This document shows, one piece after another, positions 1-8,398 of a stretch of 64,000 nucleotides of DNA. Location: the NCBI GenBank assembly GCA_000002445.1, contig CH464491.1, positions 1,312,001-1,376,000 on the forward strand, in the 5' to 3' direction. The notes under the pieces were generated by a model. That model was not told the origin of the DNA. It saw nothing but the letters and a program-made list of their open reading frames with translations, and made no database searches. Source of the stretch: Trypanosoma brucei (taxonomy: Eukaryota). The position numbers and the translations under genes are program-made. How positions within the stretch are numbered: the stretch's first letter is position 1; each line of letters opens with the position of its first letter.

Positions 1-2820
1 GGTACTTCCGATATTGTTCTCAAAGCCATCGATGTTGCAACAGCGTTGCTGCAAAGGAGAGAGTTAAAACGAGCAGTAGACGTGTTGCAGCACGCCTACG
101 ACGTGGGTGTTCGGACCCGTATCAGACCTGGAAACTTTGAACGCGTGGAGGAACATCTGGTTCTCTTGAGGAGAGAATACTACAAGCACTTCAAACCCCG
201 CTTTCTTCAGGACAATCCCGTACTGCCGGAAGAGATGGATGTTTTGCGAAAGTCCGGAATCACCACGACAATTGCACTCCCGATTTGGGATGACTTGAAA
301 GAAGGATATGGGAGAGAGAACGTATTTATGCCGTGTGAGGGTCACTGGAATGACACCTTCACACCAGAACTTTCCTCTGTGCAGAAGTCCGCTGGTGCCA
401 GGTATGTGTGTATCGGTGAAGCAAGGCGAGGTGTGGAGTTCTGCATCATACGCGCGGCGGATCCGTTGAACATCAAGCAGACAGTGGTGGGGGATTGCTC
501 CATGGTCTGCAGTCTTATCATATGCGCCCTATATCAGCAGCGGTTCCCCAAGGCGAAGATAATTAGCAACGTCATCTTCCCACAGGATTCGGATGGTGTT
601 CCGGTAGTGAACCCGAAGGGGAAGTATTGCGTCAAGATGCTTGTGAATGGTATCACTCGACTCATTACTGTGGACGACCGGTTCCCAGCAAACCCGCAAA
701 CGGGAGAAATGCTTTGCACGTATAGTCGCGACAAATCAGAGCTGTGGGTGTCAATTATGGAGAAAGCGTTCGTAAAAGTTTGCGGCGGAAGTTATGATTT
801 TCCTGGCAGTAGCAGCAGTAGCGACCTCTACAAGCTCTCTGGTTGGCTTCCAGATAGTGTTGACTTCACTGTAAAGGACTTTGATAGGAATTTGCAGTGG
901 TCAAGATTCTTCAACCGGTATGCAGATGGTTCTCTTCTCATTACGGTGAGTACACCCCCACTCTCCGAAGCTGAGGAAAGGAGACTTTTGCTCGCATCAG
1001 AACATGCGTACGCCGTTTTGGATATGAGAGAGATGTCAGGCGTGCGACTCGTACAATTAATGAACCCATGGAGCCGCCGTGCGTGGAGTGGTAAATTTTC
1101 CCTCAACGACAAGAGACCGGAAGTTGTCAAGGTTCTCACGCAGCTACAGTACGGCTCACCACAGGCTGATCAAGGCATTTTCTGGATTACGTGGGATGAT
1201 CTTTGCACAAACTTTTCCCGGTGCTCGTTGAGCTGGAACCCGTATATGTTGTTCAAAACGCCGGATGGTATGTCGCAGCGGCCCACGCGACTTTCCTGTC
1301 ACAGTCGTTTTCCCTACACAACAAGCATGGGTCAGTCCCCACAGTTCCATATTGGCGTAATCGACGCACCGAAGCCTTCCCGCATGCATCTTGTGTTTTC
1401 ACGTCACATGACGGATCCGACGGCGTTTGGTCAACAGTTTGATAGGGACCACCCGAATGTACCGTACGTTTCTCTCAAGGTATATGATGTCACTCGGTTC
1501 CCTTCCATCGCACAGCATCTGGGAGCTCGTTGTAGTTTTGGCATGTGTTACTGTCGCCGGCTCGCCCACGGAACAGAGTTGGGCGTAAAAATAGCCCCCT
1601 TGAGCAATCCCACATACCGAAACATGGCTGCGTATACACTGAGCTTCAACTGCCCAGCTGGTACAAGTGATCTTCTAGTTGTTGTTAGTCGGTTGGAATC
1701 TGCTATCAAGTCAGAGTTCAGCTTTTCCCTCACACTTCACACAGAATGGCCTCAAGTACTGCTGCAGGAGTCGGCTCAGCGCTGCTGGGGTGTGTATATA
1801 CATGCCATTCCCCGCAGTAGTCTCAGGCATTGCACTGTGACGCACGGCAAATGGGTAAAAGGCGTGAGTTGCGGGGGTAGGAGCTTTCTGCAAACCTTTG
1901 TGTACAATCCCCAGTACCTACTAACACTTGCACGTGCATCGATGGTATCCGTACGTTTATGTGTATCAGATCAAAATAATGACGATAGTGACAAAAGTGT
2001 TCAGGTGCACCTCCTGCAAAAAAGGCAGGACCCAGGAGTGGGGCAGGTCAAGTGGGCTGCACGGGTGGGTTCTACCAATGAATGTAGCTTGCACCTGTGT
2101 GCACCGTTGTTTGCTCATGGTGGTGTTGTCGTAGATACAAGCCTTCGAAGCTGTTTTGCGCCAGAGTCCGTGCACTACCCTGTTCCACAATCGCATCAAC
2201 TACAATCTGAACAACAGCTACAGCAAAGCCAATGGACGAAGAAGGCCCTATCAACGTCGGATGGACCACTACCTCCCCTTCCTGCCGGTGACTATACAAT
2301 TGTAGTTGCACAGTGGGAGAAGGGTATACCCGCAGCGTTTGAACTTACCGTTGAAACGACGGAGCCACATCAACTACGGGAAATTGTGCCAGAGGGTGTT
2401 GGTTGGGTGGAGACAGCTGTTCGGGGAAAGCTTCAGGGCGGAATCACTGGTGTAACAAGGTCTATCATGCTCAGAACAGATTCATATATTACAAGCAACA
2501 GTAAAGTTTCCATTGTTACAACCTCGGCAGGGGTTTTGACCGCCCGCTTGCTCTTGCTGATGGCACCAGCCGAGGAAAAGGAGGAAAATGAAGCGAGTTG
2601 CATTTCAACCAACTTGACGGTGTTCCGCTCGGTGGACGCCACATCTCTGCAGCGTGTTGCTACTTCCGGTCCGTATAGGCGATGTGGCGTCTCATTGGAA
2701 CCTCTCAAGGTGGACATGAATGCTACATACATCATTGTTGTTTCGTCATACACTCCCTCTCGCGAGGAGTACGTCTTGCGAATCTACTCCAACACTCCAC
2801 TGAAGGCGGAGGTGTTGTAA
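1..2820 (+). CDS. Calpain-like cysteine peptidase (5' end truncated by window edge; reading frame is open from base 1)
   Basis: Calpain catalytic-domain motifs present in order: Cys box VVGDCSMVCSLI (cf. GDCWLL), His box EHAYAVL (cf. GHAYS), Asn box MNPWSRRAWSG (cf. NPWG). No stop between base 1 and the annotated TTG at 46, so the gene continues upstream of the window. Confidence 0.8.
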   Translation, partial: GTSDIVLKAIDVATALLQRRELKRAVDVLQHAYDVGVRTRIRPGNFERVEEHLVLLRREYYKHFKPRFLQDNPVLPEEMDVLRKSGITTTIALPIWDDLKEGYGRENVFMPCEGHWNDTFTPELSSVQKSAGARYVCIGEARRGVEFCIIRAADPLNIKQTVVGDCSMVCSLIICALYQQRFPKAKIISNVIFPQDSDGVPVVNPKGKYCVKMLVNGITRLITVDDRFPANPQTGEMLCTYSRDKSELWVSIMEKAFVKVCGGSYDFPGSSSSSDLYKLSGWLPDSVDFTVKDFDRNLQWSRFFNRYADGSLLITVSTPPLSEAEERRLLLASEHAYAVLDMREMSGVRLVQLMNPWSRRAWSGKFSLNDKRPEVVKVLTQLQYGSPQADQGIFWITWDDLCTNFSRCSLSWNPYMLFKTPDGMSQRPTRLSCHSRFPYTTSMGQSPQFHIGVIDAPKPSRMHLVFSRHMTDPTAFGQQFDRDHPNVPYVSLKVYDVTRFPSIAQHLGARCSFGMCYCRRLAHGTELGVKIAPLSNPTYRNMAAYTLSFNCPAGTSDLLVVVSRLESAIKSEFSFSLTLHTEWPQVLLQESAQRCWGVYIHAIPRSSLRHCTVTHGKWVKGVSCGGRSFLQTFVYNPQYLLTLARASMVSVRLCVSDQNNDDSDKSVQVHLLQKRQDPGVGQVKWAARVGSTNECSLHLCAPLFAHGGVVVDTSLRSCFAPESVHYPVPQSHQLQSEQQLQQSQWTKKALSTSDGPLPPLPAGDYTIVVAQWEKGIPAAFELTVETTEPHQLREIVPEGVGWVETAVRGKLQGGITGVTRSIMLRTDSYITSNSKVSIVTTSAGVLTARLLLLMAPAEEKEENEASCISTNLTVFRSVDATSLQRVATSGPYRRCGVSLEPLKVDMNATYIIVVSSYTPSREEYVLRIYSNTPLKAEVL

Positions 2821-3283
2821 GTTAAGACATTGGGGGGGGAATTGTGTTTTTTCGTATTTGTCGGTACGTAACGCGAATGTGTCTGAAGTCAAGCTTCCCG
2901 CACTATGGTGGCCGCACCGTTGTGCCGTGGGTTGTTCTCACTTTTCCTGCGTTTTATTTTATTTCTTTAATAACGGCGCCAGTACGCTACGAATGCTGCG
3001 CGCGTGTGTGTCTGTATCTGTGAAGGGTCGGAGGTTGCAACGTGTTACTTCAGAAGTGTGCGCTGCCAATTTGTACAGTAAAAGTGATGGTGTTGAAGAG
3101 GTGTAGCGGTGCGCTAAAAGGTGGTTGAAGAAAATTGGCTGAGTAGCAGTGCGCACACGTTTTTGAATATGATCTGCCCACATGTTAACGACTCGCTGAC
3201 CTCACTTACTGTTTTCGCTCCTCCCTTATTTCTTCAACTATTTTAAACTTCATGAAGCCACTTGGGCCCACCCGTCTGAGTGC

Positions 3284-6200
3284 TTGCCGCTGTGCATGCA
3301 CATCTGGCGGACCGCTGCAAGCAACTGGGTAAAGAGACACGCCCGTTCTAATGCGGCACGGTGGAGGCGCCCAGAACCCGCTTCATCAAGTGCGGCAGCC
3401 AAAACAATAGCAAGATTGCTCGCAGTTGGTGGCCACGGCTGCTGGTCAGAAGCAACCGCGCTTTATGCAGAAGCACTCGCAACAAAGTCTGTGCAGAGGT
3501 ACGGTGTTGTGACACCCGCGCACCGCCATGATTGTATTGCACTAATTCTCGGAGCTATGTCATCTTCTGTCGACGCCAGCGGCTCTGATATTAACAGGGG
3601 CGAGGAGTCACTCACACCCCATTATGGGATGTTGGCAGAACGCTTGTCGTTAGACATAATTGTGCCGCATAGTGATGTAGGACAGGAAGAGAAGGAGGCC
3701 GCCTCTGTCGCATGCATAGCGGTTTTCAGGGCGCTGTTAACCTCCGGTCGCACGCATGCTGTCCAGCGTTTTGCTCAGCAGTTGCTGCGAAGCAGAAACT
3801 CACGTGAACATGGATTGTGGGCGCTTCGCACAATTATGTTGGCAGTAACGGCAAGGGAAGAGGGAATGTACCGTCAGCTTTTTCTGCATAGTGGGCTGCT
3901 AAAAGATCTTGAACATCTCACGGGCCTTGACGCGTTCACGGTCGTGATGTCGTCGTGCGATGGCCACGAGAAAAATATTGGACCGTGTGGAGGGAGGACG
4001 GAAGGGAACCTTGGAAGAGATGAGGTACACCGTGTTGCGGCAAGGTGGTGCGTGGACGTGGCCCTGCACATGCACACGTGTCCTTGGAGATTCTGCTTGA
4101 CAAACGAGAAGGAGCCACGACGAGAAACGGCGTTTAACAGTGAAGTCACAAGCTATTGCTGTGCCAAAGAGCTTCCAATGCCGGCATTTGCGGTGACGAT
4201 GCTGCCATTTGAGGTGCTACGCAGCAACGCGGTCGGTGTGTTGCGCTGTTGTACTGCTGCTGGGAACGGCTCACATGGCAACGAGGTTGTTACCTTTGAT
4301 GGTACTGCAAGTAATGTTAGTGGCGGTCGTTCTGGTGATTCTACCAGTTGTAGCACAACCGCTCCATCGCTGGGACTTCCTGCACTTAAGCGTTTACAAG
4401 ATGTTGTTTCTGCTGCTATTGAGGTTCCTCTCTCCACATATGAGCCTGTTGAGTGCTTATACTTGCTACTTCAAATATCTCGTGACAGCACCGCCCCTGA
4501 CCCCAGGCGTGTGATGCCATCCACGATGAATATTTTGTGGTGGCGACGGCATCTGCAGAGTTGCGTCCTTGAATCTGTTAAATCGGCTGTTAGGTGGAAG
4601 TCGGTGTGCGACTTTGTTGGTTTGAGCCGCTTAGTCACAGAACGTGTGCCGCATTGTTTTCCCCTTCTGGTCGCTCACGCGGCCGAGTCCCCGGATGCCT
4701 TGAGGACACTGTTCAACGAGGTGTCGCGGCAGGAAGGCGCTGCAGCACATCCTGTGGACGACATCCCACGCTCGTGTGTGATGGGGCTCCTGCAGATGTG
4801 TGGAGATGAAAGATCCGCTGCCGTTATTGATTGGGTGGTAGAGCATTGTAAGGATCATGAGAGTATCGCACAATTCGTTTTGGACAGCCTTGGGCAGCAC
4901 CAGAAGCTTGCGTCGGTCGTCGTGCGGCGGCTCTTTCAGCGAAGTGAGCAAAGCTCGGACGTTATTAATGCGCTTTCGAGACTGCTTGAAAAGGGCACTT
5001 GCAGGACGCTATTGGCTGATGTTTGCTCACTTGTTCCCCAAGCCCAGCAGTGGACGGTAGCGCTGCGGTTTGTAAGCGGCATGTCGGCCCCAGAAGTTGG
5101 GCACGTCCACACCGCCTTCATGGCGTTTGTAGGGAATTGTGATGAGCAGTTTGCTATTAACATGGCACTCCTTTGGTCCGATGAGACCTTCACGTGGTTG
5201 AAGGCTGATGTGAACCCACCGCCCCGGCGGGTGTACATGGACGACAGATGGAGCGATGCGCTTCGTCTTGTAGCGCTGGGTGCGGAGCGGTTAACGCAGC
5301 GGCCGGAGTTGTTGGGAAAGTACATCCGTTATTTTTCTAAAAGGGTTGCGGTAAATTCTCGCCTGTACATGGAGTTGGAGGCGCTCTTAGCGTGCTCGAA
5401 GGTGGGCGGTGGTAGCGCACGTAACTGCGGCCGTTCTTCTAACTGGAATCCCATTGCCAGTACAGTCACTGGCGGTCCTCCCTTAGAAACTTCATTGGTA
5501 GGAGTACGAACCGGGGTGCTTCCGAAGGGTCAGCAGTGGATGGAGGCATGCGCACATGCATCTGAGGTGGGTGTCACGCGTGGAGTACTCGAGATCCTCG
5601 CGAAGCGTGGGAGATGGGAAGAGGCTACCATAGTGCTGGCGAGAGCGGAGGCGAAACGAAGAGTGGAGTGGGCCCCGCTAGTAATACGTGCCGCACGTCT
5701 TTCCAGTCAGTGGCGGGCTGCACTTTCCGTGGCAGAGAAAATTGCAGCCAACGGAATGAAACTGCATTACAGTGTAGTAGCGGAGTTACTTGCGTGCTGC
5801 TTTTCTGCCGATGTACCCCTTGAGGTGGTTCAATTGTGGCTGCACAGGCGTTCAGTTGGGGAAAGTACGTCCTCGCATGTACTTTTCGGTCTGGGCCCTG
5901 GTTCGAGCTTGAGGACCGAGCAGCGTGACGCCAACGACAAACACAACGTTTTCGGTGATGCATCGAGATGGCTGGGCTCGGCGCAGGCGGAGCTCTTTTT
6001 TGTCCTCCTTGAATCGTCTTCCAGTCGATCGTCGGATCATCAGTGGCGTTACGCCCTGCAATTGCTGAAAGAGCATGTGCTATTAAGTGGTGGTGTTCCG
6101 TCTGCACGGGTGTTCCGTTCTACATATTCCATATTACACCGGGCAGAGCGGTGGCGGGAGTCGCTGCAACTTTTGGGTCTGCAGCGATCTGTTTGCGGTT

Positions 6201-7864
6201 CCCCCACGGTTAAATGTGTGCACCTTGTACTGAGCACCTTGCCGAGCACAGCTTGGCAGTATGCTCTAGGAGCTCTCCAATGTATTCCGCCTGGAGATTC
6301 GGGTTCCATTCATCGTGTATTGCCCTTATTGTTACCGGTGTCGTGGGAGTCTGCATTAGGTTTAATGATTGATCATCGTGTCATGACAAATACAGCGATG
6401 GAGTGTGTTGTTGGTTGCGAGGACGTGCCCTTGGTCCTACGTCTGCAGGCATGGAGGCGTTTGTTGCCGTCGCTGCCCGTGTCCATGAAGCACCGTGCGG
6501 CACCGATTTATTTACGGCTGGCAGCTGGTGTTGCTGATGGTGATGTTGGTGTTGAAGGGACGAATGGTCTGGACGCGATGTGCGTCATTGAACGCTCGAT
6601 CCGGGGCCTACGGGGTGATTATATTAATTACGCATCGTTTGTATACCATCGTGCTTTGCTGCATCGCCACTGGTGTAATGACAGCCTTCACCCGAGTGGC
6701 GGTGTGGCGGCCTTCCGGGCACTTAGCGGCATTGCTGAGGTAGACCAACAGTGTGAAGTTAGTGCCGCTGCGTTGGAGCAGTTAAGCAACATTGTTGAAA
6801 GGTTGGAACAGGTGTGTGGAACGGTTAGTGCATCGACAGCAACACATGGTTCCCAACACCTGGAGCGCACGGTGCCGGTTGTAAACTCCGGTGAGATACT
6901 TCAGGGCTCAGCTCCCACGAATGCTAGGCGTGACCCTGAAACCCACTGTTTTTCCTTTGTTTCATCCTACTGGTTGTCCTTGTTTTATTTGTTTCGTTAC
7001 TGCCGTTGTGTAATCTCCAGTTCTTTATTCCCTTTTTTTTTAAAAAAAAAAGATCAGGGCAGTGGACTACCGATATTTGACGTCATGCGCCTACATACGG
7101 TCCGCGCGCCAATCATCACGCGAGCCGCTATGCGTGGCTACTCGGAGGCACGGAGCAACTATGACGGCACCTCTCTCCCTGCGTGGCCGGCACCAGGGAA
7201 GAAACCAACTTATCCCGCAGCACTGTCGGAGTTGAGACTGCCGCAGCCGCGCATGCGCAAGACTCGTACCGAATGGATGTATTACCACGGCCACGGCGGT
7301 TGCCCTGGAAAGTATGGGCCGTCACGAGAAATAGCTGACTTCGAATATGCGGATGGGACTCCGGCGAGCATTAGTGGACGCCGGTTCGCGTTTAAGCACC
7401 ACCAAGACCACTTGCTCGTACAGCTAATACGCGCTGCAGCCACTGTGGAGCGCTACGACGCGAGTGGGTTACTACCACGTATCCCTGGTACGGCTGAGCA
7501 ACGCAACTGGGACCCGGCCATTCCGCTTTTTCTTGATGATGTGGATGAGCAAGGCAGACCTGCACCGTTGCGCACTGCGGGCGACGCCCCGGGGACGATG
7601 GTTAGTCATGTGTGTTCCCGTGTTGTGGATGAACGGATGGGAACTCCCACGCATACGCCAAATGAACTCGCCAACCGTCACGAGGGAGAAACACTCGAGG
7701 CAAATACAATGTTTGCAACCAATGATCCGAGTGCCTTTGTGTCTGATACGGTGAAGTTGCGTGACGACAAGCGGCCTTACTGGTCGCGGCGCCGCTGGGC
7801 CCTAACAGATAAATTTTTGGTGCCTAAGAGCCCCAAACCAAAGAACACCATCAAGGACGAGTAG
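3284..7864 (+). CDS. Large hypothetical protein (1526-aa open frame; first ATG at 3296). Possibly two genes, see finding on internal polypyrimidine tract at ~6930-7085
   Basis: Long uninterrupted + strand ORF with coding-like composition. No recognisable catalytic motifs. The track start is TTG. Confidence 0.55.
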   Translation: MPLCMHIWRTAASNWVKRHARSNAARWRRPEPASSSAAAKTIARLLAVGGHGCWSEATALYAEALATKSVQRYGVVTPAHRHDCIALILGAMSSSVDASGSDINRGEESLTPHYGMLAERLSLDIIVPHSDVGQEEKEAASVACIAVFRALLTSGRTHAVQRFAQQLLRSRNSREHGLWALRTIMLAVTAREEGMYRQLFLHSGLLKDLEHLTGLDAFTVVMSSCDGHEKNIGPCGGRTEGNLGRDEVHRVAARWCVDVALHMHTCPWRFCLTNEKEPRRETAFNSEVTSYCCAKELPMPAFAVTMLPFEVLRSNAVGVLRCCTAAGNGSHGNEVVTFDGTASNVSGGRSGDSTSCSTTAPSLGLPALKRLQDVVSAAIEVPLSTYEPVECLYLLLQISRDSTAPDPRRVMPSTMNILWWRRHLQSCVLESVKSAVRWKSVCDFVGLSRLVTERVPHCFPLLVAHAAESPDALRTLFNEVSRQEGAAAHPVDDIPRSCVMGLLQMCGDERSAAVIDWVVEHCKDHESIAQFVLDSLGQHQKLASVVVRRLFQRSEQSSDVINALSRLLEKGTCRTLLADVCSLVPQAQQWTVALRFVSGMSAPEVGHVHTAFMAFVGNCDEQFAINMALLWSDETFTWLKADVNPPPRRVYMDDRWSDALRLVALGAERLTQRPELLGKYIRYFSKRVAVNSRLYMELEALLACSKVGGGSARNCGRSSNWNPIASTVTGGPPLETSLVGVRTGVLPKGQQWMEACAHASEVGVTRGVLEILAKRGRWEEATIVLARAEAKRRVEWAPLVIRAARLSSQWRAALSVAEKIAANGMKLHYSVVAELLACCFSADVPLEVVQLWLHRRSVGESTSSHVLFGLGPGSSLRTEQRDANDKHNVFGDASRWLGSAQAELFFVLLESSSSRSSDHQWRYALQLLKEHVLLSGGVPSARVFRSTYSILHRAERWRESLQLLGLQRSVCGSPTVKCVHLVLSTLPSTAWQYALGALQCIPPGDSGSIHRVLPLLLPVSWESALGLMIDHRVMTNTAMECVVGCEDVPLVLRLQAWRRLLPSLPVSMKHRAAPIYLRLAAGVADGDVGVEGTNGLDAMCVIERSIRGLRGDYINYASFVYHRALLHRHWCNDSLHPSGGVAAFRALSGIAEVDQQCEVSAAALEQLSNIVERLEQVCGTVSASTATHGSQHLERTVPVVNSGEILQGSAPTNARRDPETHCFSFVSSYWLSLFYLFRYCRCVISSSLFPFFLKKKDQGSGLPIFDVMRLHTVRAPIITRAAMRGYSEARSNYDGTSLPAWPAPGKKPTYPAALSELRLPQPRMRKTRTEWMYYHGHGGCPGKYGPSREIADFEYADGTPASISGRRFAFKHHQDHLLVQLIRAAATVERYDASGLLPRIPGTAEQRNWDPAIPLFLDDVDEQGRPAPLRTAGDAPGTMVSHVCSRVVDERMGTPTHTPNELANRHEGETLEANTMFATNDPSAFVSDTVKLRDDKRPYWSRRRWALTDKFLVPKSPKPKNTIKDE
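6938..7056 (+). promoter_or_regulatory. Polypyrimidine tract followed by T10/A10, embedded inside the 3284..7864 ORF; candidate trans-splice/polyadenylation signal region for a downstream gene starting at ATG ~7085
   Basis: Sequence ccactgtttttcctttgtttcatcctactggttgtccttgttttatttgtttcgttactgccgttgtgtaatctccagttctttattcccttttttttttaaaaaaaaaag is >85% pyrimidine and resembles intergenic spacers elsewhere in the window. Its translation is low-complexity (FPFFLKKKDQGSG). Confidence 0.4.
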
Positions 7865-8139
7865 GGGTGTAAAAGTTGTTGACGCACAAACGAACATCTC
7901 AGTACAAACGTGATGTTTGTTTGCTCGTTTGTGCCCAGTGGTTTTGTACACACCATTTCTTAGATTCGTTGTCTTACGTCGAGGTGTAGTGTTGCGAGGC
8001 GCTTCAATCGCAGTCAGGGATGGAATGAGTTGCGTAACGCCTTGACAATGTGATGAGGAATACCGGTGCTACCGCATGGGGAGGGCAGTTGTGTGCCGGT
8101 GGTTGAGGCTTCGTTATTACCGTCGTGACTCTCTTTACG

Positions 8140-8300
8140 GGCAAGCTGTGTTTTTTTCCTCTCTTTCTCTCGTAGTGGTAGTGGTGGTTTATGTCAATAC
8201 AACTATAGTTTCTGATATGTTTCTCACTTTATCGTGTTTATTGCGTGTCCTTGTTGTTGGTCTCAATATTGTTGCTCCCACTGCATTGTCCTTCATAACC
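8140..8300 (+). promoter_or_regulatory. Polypyrimidine-rich spacer upstream of the kinesin gene (candidate SL trans-splice acceptor region)
   Basis: Runs such as ttttttcctctctttctctcgtag and ...ctcactttatcgtgtttattgcgtgtccttgttgttggtctc precede the ATG at 8399. Inference from kinetoplastid mRNA processing rules. Confidence 0.4.
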
Positions 8301-8398
8301 ACTTGTCAGTAATAAATAGATTACACATAAATTGGTACGACAGCTGGTGGCTGTGGCGCTAGGGGGAAACTTTACCCATATCAATTAGAGACCAGGGC

